64,000 nucleotides of DNA, taken from assembly GCF_009914755.1 (NCBI RefSeq), contig NC_060931.1. One strand, written 5' to 3'. Each line of letters begins with the position of its first letter. Within the stretch, counting starts at the first letter, position 1. This DNA is from the human T2T-CHM13v2.0 reference genome, Homo sapiens. Shown here piece by piece: positions 1 through 15,569 of the stretch. The notes below the pieces were generated by a model that made no database searches, had not been told where the DNA came from, and saw only the letters and a list, made by a program, of their open reading frames with translations. Both the position numbers and the translations under genes were made by a program.

Positions 1-39
1 TGGTCTAATTTTGTCCAATGCCCTAATTACTCATCATGG

Positions 40-647
40 TGATATAGGAGTTAAGAAGAAATTACTTAGGCAGATAGTGAGGGTATGGGTGTCTTCGGTA
101 ATGTTTTCCTTTTTAATGAAAAGCAGCATGAAAATCATTTTCTACCAAAGAGCAGCCTGTAAAGAACTGCAGACAGAGACAAGCAAGCTGGAAGCTTGCA
201 CGGGTGAATGACGGTAGGAAAAAGGTACCTGGGACTAGACATGTTCAAAATAACCATCTTCCCTTCCCCTTGCCAGCCATGTGTGCAGTAAGGAGCAGAC
301 AAGACGGCACCTGTCAAGGGGACAGTCCATTTGCATGGTAAGATTAGGGTGGGATGGCCAGACTTCCTAGAGACTATGTGTACCTAACACCTGATCAGAC
401 CAATCCGTGAGCCCTGTGTAAATCAGACACTGCCTCCTCGAGCCTGCCTATAAATCTGGTGCACTCCACTGGTCTTTTTCCTTTTCAGAAGCCCCTCTCT
501 CTCACTAGAGAGAGAGCTTTTCTCCTTCCTCTTTCCTCTGCCTATTAACCTTCTGCTCCTAAACTCCTTGCATGTGTCCATGTCCTAAAGTTCTTGGCAC
601 AAGACGACGAACCCCAGGTATTTGCTCCAGACAATGATGCCATGTCA
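40..647 (+). mobile_element. ERV1 solo LTR, MER61-like
   Basis: TG...CA termini flanked by 4-bp TSD ATGG (36-39, 648-651). CCAAT 400-404, TATAAA 449-454. Sequence resembles recalled MER61 consensus. Confidence 0.8.
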
Positions 648-913
648 ATGGTGAGTTTCAGAAGGAAATGTCCTCACTTTAGGGGCAAAGCCAAGAGAAA
701 AGAAGAAGAAAAAAAAAACCAACATGACTAAGGATAGCTGGGCCTGGATCCTAGACCCCAATTCAGAGCTCAGGTAAGCTCTACTGGACCACATGTTAAA
801 ACATTTATCCTAAATTCTTAGGTATTAGCTTTTTCACATACAGTCCAGTTTCTTATACCTGCCAGTCCCAGTGGAGAATCAGTCAGGACATATTCATTAA
901 GATTGTCAGTGCT

Positions 914-1197
914 GGCTGGGCACAGTGGCTCACAACTGTAATCCCAGCACTTTGGGAGGCCGAGGTGGGTGGACTACCTGAGGTCAGGAGTTCTAGACCA
1001 CCTTGGCCAACGTAGTGAAACCCTGTATCTACTAAAAATACAGAAATTAGCCGGGCGTGGAGGTGGATGCCTGTAATCCCAGCTACTCGGGAGGCTGAAG
1101 CAGAATTGCTTGAACCCAGGGAGCGGAGGTTGCAGTGAGCTGAGATTGCGCCATTGCACTCCAGCCTGGCTACAGAGTGAGACCATATCTGAAAAAA
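914..1197 (+). mobile_element. Alu (AluS-like)
   Basis: GGCTGGGCACAGTGGCTCAC start, dimeric structure. Confidence 0.95.
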
Positions 1198-1202
1198 TTT
1201 TT

Positions 1203-1365
1203 AAAATTAGCCAGGTGTGGTGGCATACACTTGTAGTCCTCCTAACTACGCAAGAGAGTGAGGCAGGAGGATTGCCTGAGCTCAGGAGTTCGAAGTTTCG
1301 GTGAGCTATGATTGTAGCACTGTACTCAGCCTGAGTGACACAGAAAGAGCTCATCTCTAAAAAAT
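1203..1365 (+). mobile_element. Alu right-arm fragment (AluJ-like)
   Basis: AAAATTAGCCAGGTGTGGTGG...CTCATCTCTAAAAAA. Confidence 0.85.
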
Positions 1366-1369
1366 TTCA

Positions 1370-1790
<421 letters not shown>

Positions 1791-1984
1791 TATTGACACA
1801 TGGAAGAAAAATGGGTCCCAGAGGCCCCCCTCCCCCGATCTGGCTTTCACCTGTACCCTTTGTCATGGAAGCAAGAGAGGTGGATGTCGCTTTCTAGTCT
1901 TCAGGTTTCCAGAGCATAGACAGAAGAGTGTTGATAAAGGGGGGTGTCACAGAAAGTCAAATAACTTCTGGAAGGTCTCCACTA

Positions 1985-2323
<339 letters not shown>

Positions 2324-3027
2324 AGGAGACTTTTAGAGGCTGCAACCTAGAAACTCAGCCTCGGGTTGGCAACAGGCAGACACTTAATCAAGTTGGAAAA
2401 TGCATTCTAATGCAAAAGGAGAAGAATTGGCAGACAGCTGGCAGGGATGCTGTACCCTGGCTGGGCTCTGGAAGGCCCTGCTGGGCAACTTTAACAGGTT
2501 GCAGCTGAGAAACAAGAGATGGGTCACATAAAGTAACTTTCAGTGGTCTTCAGCAAATGTGGCTGGCCAATGGCTTACAATGCAACTCCCTGAGATTCTT
2601 TCCCCTACTCTGGATGTGGAAGGGTATAGAGGGGTATGAAATAGTGTCCCTCTAGGTTGAGCTCATGGGCCAAGTGTGATGAGATGGAATGTAGTAGATA
2701 TAAATGCAAACTTCCTCCCTTTAGTTCTAAAAACAATTGCATGAAAATCAAACAGGGAACTTGGCTTTGACTTATTGGTTTTGACTGGCTCAACAAAGGT
2801 TTTTTATTCTGATGCTTAGTTGTGTAGAGATCTGCCTTATTGTGCATGGGCTGGACAAGTTCAGATTTAAATGCTATATTTAAGAGGAGCAACACAGGCA
2901 ACCTATATATTGTTTAGAGGACATTAATAAATGGTATAGGAAATTGAATTAGCAAGTGCCTAGTTTATTTAATCTTTAATATTCCAGCATCTCAAGTTTG
3001 TGAAAATATAGCTGAAAAGGATGTGGT

Positions 3028-3343
3028 CCCTGGCATAGTGGCTCATATCTGTAATCACAGTGTTTTGCAGGGCTAAGGTGGGAAGATCACTTGAGCCCCT
3101 GGGTTCAAGACCAGCCTGGGCAACATAGCAAGACCTCATTGCTACGAAAATTTTTAAAAAATTAGCTAGGCCTGATGGTGTATACCTGTATCCCAGCTAG
3201 TCAGGAGGCTGAAGCAGGAGGATCACTTGACCCCAGGAGTTGGGGGCTGCAGTTAGTTATGATCATGCCCCTGCACCCCAGCCTGGGCAATAGAGCAAGA
3301 CCCTGTCTCTAAAAAATAAATAAATAAAATAAAATAAAAAATA
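3028..3343 (+). mobile_element. Alu (AluJ-like)
   Basis: Diverged dimer with A-rich tail. Confidence 0.9.
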
Positions 3344-3439
3344 AGGGGGCTTGGGGTTGTTGAATTCCCACCATATCCTAAGCACTATCGTATATAATGC
3401 TGTGGCTATGTTCTCCAGTTTGATCATTCTGGTCATTGT

Positions 3440-3932
<493 letters not shown>

Positions 3933-4744
3933 CCTATGAATGATTCTAACATTGCAGTGTTCAGAGACTGCACAGAATGGCTGTGCAGGAATAGAAAGGT
4001 TACAAAGGGGCACGGGGAGCACGAGGTGGAAGAAGGAACAGAGAAATTACAGAAGTGGTCATTCATTAGGTCCCCTGCCCCGCAAACAAAACATTCTTGT
4101 TTATTTCTCTGCATTTCTGCCAGGCAGCCATGTGACCTGAGAAGAGCTCCCTTGTGAGACAGGATTTTTCTCATTTCCTGGCTCCTAATCTAATAGAAAT
4201 GTCTAAACTAATTGGCTGGCTCTGCCTGAAGAGGGGGGAGTGGGGAGAAAAGGTAGAATCAATCACTCCATTTGAAACTGCATCTGCTGAAAAGATGTCA
4301 CGAAGAGGCAGGGAGGACCAGAATTCTGTTTACCCAAGCACTTCTCCTAGCAACCGCTGGCCCATTTCTTGTTTCTTGGCTGCAACCTGTTAAAGGTGCC
4401 CAGCAGAGCCTTCCAGAGCCTGGCCAGGGCACAGCGTCCCTGCCAGCTGTCCGCCGATTCTTCTCCTTTTACATTAGAACGCGTTTTACAACTTGATTAA
4501 GTGCCTGCCTGTTGCCAACCCTAGGCTGAGTTTCTAGGTTGCAGCCTCTGAAAGTCTCCTTATTAAAGGCATTTACAAAATAATATCCTAGTGGAGAGCT
4601 GCCAAGAGTTATTTGAAACTCCAGTTATTCCCATGGGATAGTCAATGTGAGTTTTCCCCAGTTAGAATTCATTTGGCTGGAAGACAGAGTCTTTGATACA
4701 CACTTGTAAAAGTAACTTAATATTTGTGGGGTTTTCTTTTTACT

Positions 4745-4960
4745 TTTTATTAAATCTTTTTTTATTTGTACAGATTTATGGGGTTCAAGCGTGATTTTGT
4801 TACATGCATAGATTGCATAGTAAGGTTAGAGTTTTGGGGTATCCATCACTCAAATAACATACATTGTATCGATTAAGTAATTTCCCGTTATCTGCCCTCC
4901 CTCCCACCCTCTCACTCTTCGCAGTCTCCATTTTCTATCATTCTACACTCTACATCCATG
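4745..4960 (-). mobile_element. L1 3' end (L1MA/L1PB-like)
   Basis: TTTTGTTACATGCATAGATTGCATAG...GTATCCATCAC, reverse L1 3'UTR. Confidence 0.75.
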
Positions 4961-5157
4961 TTTAAATATTTATAATTAAAGGAACTGCAATTGTGATTCA
5001 GCTCCGACGTGGGTGGCAGAGACCTTACCTGTGTCCTAGCTACAAATGAAAGCTGCAGAATCTATCAGTTCTTGGTCATTTGTAGTGCCAGATCTCAGGA
5101 GGCAGATGAGTTCTGCAATAAGCTCACACTTCCTTGGATGTTTAAGATCATTGCACA

Positions 5158-5448
5158 GGCTGAGCATGGTGGCTCACACCTGTAATCCCAACACTTTGAG
5201 AGGTGGAGGTGGTTGGAACACTTGAGGTCAGGAGTTCGAGATCAGCCTGGCCGGTATGGTGAAACCCTGTCTCTATTAAAAATACAAAAATTAGCCAGGT
5301 GTGGTGGTGCACGCCTGTAGTCCCAGCTACTCAGGGGACTGAGGCACGAGAATCACTTGAACCAAGGAGATGGTGGTTGCAGTCTCGCCACTGCACTCTG
5401 GCCTGGGCGACAAGAGCGAGACTCCATCTCAAAAAAAAAAAAAAAAAA
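5158..5448 (+). mobile_element. Alu
   Basis: Dimer with poly-A tail. Confidence 0.95.
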
Positions 5449-6662
5449 GAGATCTTGTTGCTCAGAGTTTTGGCAGAGATCACAAAGGCCAAGACAAGCA
5501 TGAAATGTGTCAAGGACACGAACATCCTTCATTAAGGTCCTAGACCTTGTTCAGGACATGCTAAGAGATGCCAAACCGCTTCAGCTAGCATTGGTCTTAT
5601 GACAGGCTGCTTATATAGGAATGGATTAAGAAGGGTATGGAGGATTTCTCTGGAGAGACTTGTTAGTATGTCATATCTCCACTCAGGGCCTCAGGAGGCC
5701 TCAGGGCAAGAGAGTGGGCTAGAAGAAAGCCATCTGGGGGTATTCTGTGTGGCTCTGGGGTTGGAACATCATAGGGAACTAGGCATCTGACTCACTTGTG
5801 ACTGAGCTGCAGAAAGGGGCTTGTACTCTCACACCTGGCCATCACACAGAGAAAGAACTGTACCAGAATGGCCTGTAGATCTAGAGTGGGCAGGGCAAAC
5901 TCTAGTGAGGTCTCTATGTGCCAGATATGGACCTGCTAAAGGGGCTCCTCCATAAGGGTCAAGATAACTCCAACAGAGGGTGAACTTCAGGACAGGAGCT
6001 GAGCAGAACACTAAAAGCCGTGAGGGGAAGAGGCATTGCCCACTTCAAGGGAAGCTCAGTTGCAGGATTCCTGATGACCGAGAGGGGATGCCCAAAGAAC
6101 CCTCAAGAGACCCCCATAAGGAAGAGAATTAACACACACCCAGCAGTTCCAGTGGTAAATCCAATGGCATCAGTCAAGTGTACCTTTCCTCTCCTCCCTC
6201 ATCCTTTCCAACTCGCAGGGACCCAAAGTACAGTCAGAGAGTGACAGAGGGAAGGAGAAACAGGGAAGGAGGCCACCATCATCTACTGCCCACTCCCACT
6301 CCCCACTGCAGGTTTCCCAGCCACAAAAAGGCTGAGCTAGGAGACTGAAAGGGGGACATTTTTTTACTCAAGAATGACCTTAAAAGCTGAAGGAACCTAA
6401 CTGAAATTTCATGTAGCATTAGTGGAGATGAAAAAACCAGGGAAGTGGTCAAAAGTTAAAGTACAGTGACAGATAGAATCGTGTTACATCCAAGTCTACA
6501 TCCAAGTCCAGTTTAATTATTAAATCTGTTGGTAGAGTCTTCCTAAAAGACAGAAGACTCCAGAACCAAAACAACAACAAAATAAAAATATGTGCATTAT
6601 CAATCAAAAACTACAGTAATCATATGATTGGGACATATAATATACATTTTTTGGCGGAGGTT

Positions 6663-6998
<336 letters not shown>

Positions 6999-7569
6999 TA
7001 GCACAAGATCATGCCTCCTTCCTGCTAACTAAAAACATTCTCATGAGTCATTGAAGGGATAAAATATTCTAACACTTAGGCCATCTTAGTCTCAATCTCA
7101 CAATGTACCTGTTTTACTCTTATAATGCTACATACCGCTGGAAATGTTCTGTTCAGAGTGTTACATTCAATACCCTGTCACTGATTTCTTTAAGAAACAG
7201 AATATGGTTTTATAGCTTATGAAAGCATTGGTGTGCAGAAAAACATACTGTAGCCACATATTTTCTTTCTCATACCCTCACATTTCTGGAGAAACATAAT
7301 CTACCCATTTAATAAGAAATGCAGAATTCTGCATTTAGTTGAAAGAAGCCCCTTTTTCATAAGATATTTTATAATTCCTGAGTCTCGTGTGCAAATGGCA
7401 GAGAGTTACTCCCACAGCTCCCCTGCCAAACCCTCTCTTGCAGTAGATGAGATGTATCATTCCTTTTCTTATCTTGCATACAGAGTTGGCCACTGACAAC
7501 TTATAATAGCTCCAGCTGACATGGGTTTCTCACATCTGGCCAGACACTCATTCCTCTTTTCCTTTTTAT

Positions 7570-8040
7570 ATGTAGTGGTCTTAAGACATGTGTTTAAATT
7601 TTTTGACATTTCTACCCATCAAGTCTAGTTCTCCTTCCCTAGAACATGAGCTGGTCTTAAGGATTCACTTCTCAAAAATAGAAAATGGCAGAAGCAATAT
7701 TGCGTGGCATTCAGAACTAGATCATAAAAGACAATACAGCATCAGCTTGGAATAATTTGGAACTCTTGCTGTTGGAACCCAGCCACCAGGCTGGGTCCCA
7801 GGCCACACAGAACAAACTCATGTCAGTGATCTGGCCAACAGCATGGCTCAGACCCCAACTCACAACTAGCATCACCCATCAGACAGGTGAGTAAGGAAGC
7901 CTCAGCTATGGTTTGACTACAACTCCATGAGAGACTACAACTGCCCAGCTGAGCCCAGCAACATGAGAGATTATAATACATAATCACTGCTGTTTTATCC
8001 CACAAAGTGTATGGTGGTTTGTGACACAGCTGTAGGAAAT
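7570..8040 (+). mobile_element. Old MaLR LTR (MLT1-like)
   Basis: GGAACCCAGCCACC, CTGCCCAGCTGAGCCCAGC and TGGTGGTTTGTGACACAGC resemble MLT1. Confidence 0.6.
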
Positions 8041-9306
8041 CATCACACTATCAAGATGCGATTCTTTAAGCATGTAAAGAAGTAATACCCACAAATTCCA
8101 TATCTGGCAAAACTATCCTTCTGCAAGGAAAGAGAAATAACATTCTCATAGTAAAGAAAACTCTTTAAAAAGTCCCTGGCTTAAAGAACTGGCTAAAAGA
8201 AGTTCTTCATACAAAAGAAAATGATAAAAGAATAAATCTTGGAGCATCAGGATGGAAAAAAGAACAATGGAAAGAGCAAATCTGGGTACATACAATAGAC
8301 CATTGTTTTCCTCATGTGCTTTATAAATCATATTTGATGATTGCAACAAAAATTATGAAACTATCTGATACTCAGGACTGACACGTGAAAAGGCAGAGAA
8401 GGCAAAGAGACCCCACTGGAAGTAAGATTTTCATGCTTCACTCAAAGTACTGGAAATTCTGGTACTCTTAGACCATGATAAGTCACATTATGTATATTTT
8501 AATTTCCACAGCAACCACTAAAAACATTATACAAAGAAATACAGTCAAAAACATTATAAATTAACTGAGATGGAATATTTAAAAAATATTCACGGGATCT
8601 TCAGGAAGGTGAGACAAGAAAAACAGAGAGAACAAATCAGGAAAAAAGGTATATTTAAGCACTAATAAATCAATAATTACTTTCACTGAACGTGGCCTTA
8701 AGACATCATCAACAAAATTTAGACCTTGGTAGGGTAGATAAAAAACATTGTGACACAACTATATGGTGTTTACAAGAAACTGACATCAAATCCAGATAGG
8801 AGGTCAAAAGTGAAAGGATAGAAAATATACACCAAGAATACTATAATAAAAGAAAATCAAGGGTGGCTATAATAATATCTGTTAAAGTAGACTCTTGGGA
8901 AAGGAAACTACTACAAAGAGAGACATATCATTATTATATATGATAAACAGATCAGTTCTCCTGGAAGACCTGGATGTGTATGGACCAAAGAATAGAGTGT
9001 CAAGATCCATGAAGCAAAAATCAATAGAGCTGAGAGGAGAACTAGACAAATCCACAATTAGAGTTTAAGAATTTAACACTTCTCTCCCAACCACTAATAA
9101 AACCACTAGGTAGAAACTGGCAAAGATATAGAAGATTGGAATCATGCAATCAACCAACAGGTTCTAATTGACATATGTAGAACGCAGCAAAAAGCAAAAA
9201 AATAATAAGCTATGTTTTTCCCCAGTGCTCATGGAACATATTCTAAGATAGGCCATATCCTGGACCACAAAGTACACATCAGCAAATTTTTAAAAATTGA
9301 AATTAT

Positions 9307-9655
9307 AGCCGGGCACAGTGGCTCACACCTGTAATCCCAGCACTTTGGGAGGCTGAGGTGAGCAGATCACGGGGTCAGGAGTTTCAGACCAGCCTGGCCA
9401 ACATGGTGAAATCCTGTCTCTACTAAAATTACAAAAATTAACCAGGTGTGATGGCGTATGCCTGTACTTCCAGCTACTTGGGAGGCTGAGGCAGAAGAGT
9501 TGCTTGAACCTGGGAAGCTGAGGTTGCAGTGAGCCAAGATCATGCCACGCACTCAAGCCTGGGCAACAGAGTGAGACTCCATCTCAAAAAAAAAAAAAAA
9601 AACACAAACAACAACAACAACAACAACAAACCACCACCACCAACAAAAAAAACAA
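9307..9655 (+). mobile_element. Alu with A/(CAA)n tail, inside L1
   Basis: Dimer; TSD-like ATTGAAATTATA on both sides. Confidence 0.95.
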
Positions 9656-10807
9656 CATTGAAATTATATACAGTGTGATCTCTGGTCATGGATTCCAACT
9701 AGAAATCAATAAGACAAAAACAATGAAAACTAAACAGGAAAAATTAAACAACACACTCCTAAATAATCCATTGGCCAAGTAGGAAGCTTCAAAACAAATA
9801 AAAGTGCATACAAGCAAACAAAAATAAAACATAACAAAATATTGGGATGTAGTTAAGAGATTTTGAGAGGAAAATTTATAACACTAAATGCTTACATAAA
9901 GAAAAAGGAAAGATCTCAATAAGTAATCTAAGTTCCTATGCCTCAGGAAATCCAAAATATCAAAATCTAAAGCAAGCATAAGGAAGGAAATAATAAAAAT
10001 TACATCAGGAATTAATTAAATTAAGAAAAGAAAAACAATACAGAAAAATCAATGAAACAAGAAGATGGTTCTTCAAAAGAGTACATTTGATAAACCTTTA
10101 GGAAAAACTGACAAAAATAGAAGACACAAATCATCAATATCAAAAATATAACACCGTACATATAGAGTATATTAATATCATATTCTGGGATATCGCTGCA
10201 GATTCTGTAGCCATTAAAACATTAAGAGAACACCAAAAACCACAACTTAGGAGAAATGGACAAATTCCTGAAAGCCACATACTGCCAAAACTCAACCAAA
10301 ATGAAGTGGATCACCTGATCAGCTCCATAATGATTCAAAAATTGAATTTGTAATTTAAAATCCTCCCCAAATTAAACTACAATAATATATTTCTAGACAC
10401 CTAGCAAAATGACCAAATCAAAAAATAGTAAGAACACTAAATGCTGGTGAGGATATGGAGAAACTGAATCAGTCACTGTTGGTACAAATGTAAAATGGCA
10501 CAGTCACTCCATAAAACAGTTTGGCAGTTTCTTATGAAGTTAAACACACAAATGTTACACAATCCAGAAATTGTGTGCTTGGTCATTTAACTCAGAGGAA
10601 TGGAAACTTATGTTCACAAAAAATCCTGAAAATAGTAGCTTTATTAGTAACAGTCTATGGAAATAACCCAGTGTATTTCACCCAGTGAATGATTACACAA
10701 ACTGTGGTATATGTATACTGTGGGTACTATGCAGCAATAACAAGGGAATAAATTATTGATTTTTTAAATGAAAAAATTTGGATGAATCTCCAGAAAATTT
10801 ATGCTAA

Positions 10808-12120
10808 TGAGAGGTGACAGCGTTCTGGCAGTCCTCACAGCCCTCGCTAGCTCTGGGCGCCTCCTCTGCCTGGGCTCCCACTTTGGCGGCACTTGAGGAG
10901 CCCTTCGGCCCACTGCTGCACTGTGGGAGCCCCTTTCTGGGCTGGCCAAGGCTGGAGCCCACTCCCTCAGCTTGCGGGGAGGTGTGGAGGGAGTGGCGCG
11001 AGCGGAACCGGGGCTGCACGCGGAGTTGCGGGTGGGCGTGGGCTTGGTGGGCCCCGCACTCGGAGCAGCCAGCTGGCCCTGCCGGCCCCAGGCAGTGAGG
11101 GACTTGGCACCCGGGCCAGCGACTGCGGAGGGTGTACTGGGTCCCCCAGCAGTGCCCGCCCACCGGCGCTGTGCTGGATTTCTCACCCCCAGCCTTAGCT
11201 GCCTTCCCGCGGGGCAGGCCTTGGGACTGCAGCCCGCCATGCCTGAGCCTTCCCCCGCCTCCGTGAGCTCCTGTGCAGCCCGAGCCTCCCCGACGAGTGC
11301 CGCCCCCTGCTCCAGGGCGCCCAGTCCCATCGACCACCCAAGGGCTGAGGAGTGCGAGCACATGGCGCGGGACTGGCAGGCAGCTCCACCTGCAGACCCA
11401 GTGCGAGAGCCACTGGGTGAAGCCAGCTGGGCTCCTGAGTCTGGCGGGGCCTTGGAGAACCTTTATGTCTAGCTCAGGGATTGTAAATACACCAATCGGC
11501 ACTCTGTATCTAGCTCAAGGTTTGTAAACACACCAATCAGCACCCTGTGTTTAGCTCAGGGTTTGTGAGTGCACCAACTGACACTCTGTATCTAGCTGCT
11601 CTGGTGGGGCCTTGGAGAACCTTTGTGTGGATACTCTGTATCTAACTAATCTGATGGGGAGGCGGAGAACCTTTGTATCTAGCTCAGGGATTGTAAATGC
11701 ACCAATCAGCGCCCTGTCAAAACAGACCACTGGGCTCTACCAATCAGCAGGACGTGGGTGGGGCCAGATAAGAGAATAAAAGCAGGCTGCTGGGACCAGC
11801 AGTGGCAACCCGCTGGGGTTTCGTTCCACACTGTGGAAGCTTTGGTCTTTCACTCTTTGCAATAAATCTTACTGCTGCTCACTCTTTGGGTCCACACTGC
11901 TTTTATGAGCTGTAACACTCGCTGCGAAAGTCTGCAGGTTCACTCCTGAAGCCAGAGAGACCACAAACCCACCAGAAGGAAGAAACTCCGAACACATCCG
12001 AACATCAGAAGGAACAACCTCCAGATGCGCCACCTTAAGAGCTATAACAGTCACCGCGAGGGTTCGCAGGTTCATTTTTGAAGTCAGTGAGAACAAAAAC
12101 CCCCCAATTCCGGACACACA
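10808..12120 (+). mobile_element. LTR12C (ERV9) solo LTR
   Basis: Starts TGAGAGGTGACAGCG, ends CCAATTCCGGACACACA; TSD CTAA (10804-10807, 12121-12124); GC/CpG-rich U3 with tandem CCAAT repeats. Confidence 0.93.
11490..11785 (+). promoter_or_regulatory. LTR12C promoter: NF-Y CCAAT array, GATA site, AATAAAA TATA-like box
   Basis: CCAAT at 11492, 11533, 11702, 11740; AGATAA at 11766; AATAAAA at ~11776. Confidence 0.65.
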
Positions 12121-12273
12121 CTAAGTGAAAAAAGCCAACCCCCAAGTGTTACGTATTACTGTATGATTTTATAGAATATTTTTGAAAAGACAAAATTTTA
12201 GAAAAAATAAGATTACCAAAGATTAGGGGTGGGAGAGGAAAGGAAGATGGGTGTAGTTATGGAAGAGTGACAT

Positions 12274-12592
<319 letters not shown>

Positions 12593-12870
12593 GATAGAGT
12601 GACATGATGAGGTGTCCTCCTGGTAATGGTGTTGCTCAATGTCTTGATGGTGGCCGATAAAGCTTCAGATATGATATCTTTGTATAAAATTAAATGTGCA
12701 TGCACACAGACACAAATGAGTTATACATACAATTGGGGAAATCTGAAAAAGATGAATTGATTATATCAATGACATACTGGTTGTAATATTGTACTATAGT
12801 TGTTCAAGATGTTACCATCAGGAAAACTGGATATAGAGTGCTCTGTAATTTTTCTTAGCACTGCATGTGA

Positions 12871-13176
<306 letters not shown>

Positions 13177-13305
13177 TAAAACTTTTAACTAAACATTATG
13201 TTTATAAAGTGGTTGTGATAGTATGAGATAAATTGTTTGTAAAATAGCCATAGGCTTAAAAAGCTAAAATGTTCATGAAATTTACCTACACCGTGAATAT
13301 AGTTA

Positions 13306-13984
<679 letters not shown>

Positions 13985-14554
13985 AGGTCAAAAGGAGGTG
14001 AAGGTGAAGTATACTATGTTAAAACTTTTGTTTTTCAAATTTTTTATAATGAGCATATGAGACTTTTATAATAGGAAAACATTAATTTGATTAAAATATA
14101 TACTTTTATTCATTCTGATCCTTTCTGGGTCCCTGGTACTTGTCGCATTATCAGAATCACCCACTTTTCTCTTGCTTAAGGCTGCTTACATGGCTTCCTT
14201 ATGGATTTCTTCCCCATTCCTCTGCTAATGTACTTTGGGCTTGTCTTGAAATTATCCAACTGTGAAGACACAGAATTTCAAATTTGCCTGCCTATGCACA
14301 AACATTGCCACAGCTGGGAGGATTCTCTAGGGAAATGTTGAAAGCAAGTCGAGATGCTAGAGGAGTTTGGAGAAGATTTTTTCACATGGAGAGTTCCGGC
14401 TGCAATTAAGTTGTACTCAAAACCAGATAGGCTAGAAAATATTGGGGAGGAAAATGTGGTTCCATCCTTTATACAAAGAATAGTGTTTCATATCCGGATA
14501 AAAGAAAATCTTCAATGAATTGCAAAATCTTTAGAGGCAGAAGGCACCCAAGAG

Positions 14555-14670
14555 ACAGGTCACCATGCAGAACAATTCTAGGTGGCTCCATTCACATTTA
14601 GCCTATGTACGTGGTGGCCCCTGGGATTGTGCAGTGCGCAACTTACACAACTGTATGCAGGGATTCTGCT
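14555..14670. mobile_element. MER91-like hAT MITE relic
   Basis: CCATTCACAT...CCCCTGGGATTGTGCAGTGCGCAACTTACACAACTGTATG resembles the palindromic MER91 consensus. Confidence 0.6.
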
Positions 14671-14719
14671 GAATCCAGTCATTACCACCCTTGCCCTTCC
14701 TCACACACAGATTTAGGAT

Positions 14720-14850
14720 CCTTTTACAGAGGAGGCAAGTGAGGCCCAGAGGAGGAAAGCAAGTTGTTCAAAGCCACCCAGCTAACCACAGAGCCAGACT
14801 AAAATCCAGATTATTGAATTTTAGAGCAATATTCTTTCCTCTCTACAATG
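14720..14850. mobile_element. MIR
   Basis: TTTTACAGAGGAGGCAAGTGAGGCCCAGAG core. Confidence 0.7.
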
Positions 14851-14929
14851 ATGACTGGAAAGGATATTGTCACTCAAAACAGCCACCTCCACCACAGCAA
14901 TAAGTTCATTCTTAAAAGTATTTGTTTCA

Positions 14930-15225
14930 GGCCAGGCATGGTGGCTCACGCCTGTAATCCCAGTACCTTGGGAGGCTAAGGCAGGCAGATCACCTGAGGT
15001 CAGGAGTCCAAGACCAACCTGGCCAACAAGGTGAAACCCAGTCTCTACCAAAAATACAAAAATTAGCCGGGCGTGATGGTGGATGCCTGTAATCCCAGCT
15101 ACTCAGGAGGCTGAGGCAGGAGAATTGCTTGAACCTGGGAAGGCGGAGGTTGTAGTGAGCTGAGATCGCACCATTGCACTCCATCCTGGGCGACAAGAGC
15201 AAAACTCCATCTCAAAAAAAAAAAA
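14930..15225 (+). mobile_element. Alu (AluSq-like)
   Basis: Dimer; TSD AAAAGTATTTGTTTCA. Confidence 0.95.
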
Positions 15226-15329
15226 GTATTTGTTTCAGATCCACATGACTGTAGGCTAAACCAGGGCTATTTTTATAGCATCTCAAATTCTAAATTGAGT
15301 GAAAATTCTAAGTACACTTTTCTCACATA

Positions 15330-15450
15330 CGAAATGACAATAATAGTACCTACCTCTTAGGGTTCTTCTGGAGATAGATGAGTTAATATTTGTGGAACAC
15401 TTAGAACAGTGCCTGTCATAAAGTACTATATAGGTATTGGATATTATTAT
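15330..15450. mobile_element. MIR
   Basis: ATAATAGTACCTACCTCTTAGGG...CACTTAGAACAGTGCCTG. Confidence 0.7.
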
Positions 15451-15569
15451 TATTACTATTAGCATGTATTTCTCCCCCATTAATACGTGGGTTCTTCAGA
15501 GACCACATGTTTTATCTGTGGTTTCATTGGACCTCGCATGACTTTGAGGAGTGATGTATCAATGTTGTT

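Noticed and set aside
10764-11527. Overlapping ORFs of 94-232 aa
   Set aside because: Lie in the GC-rich LTR12C U3, which is non-coding
11460-11750. CRISPR-like spaced repeats
   Set aside because: These are the ~41-bp LTR12 U3 tandem repeats in a eukaryotic context, with no unique spacers or cas genes
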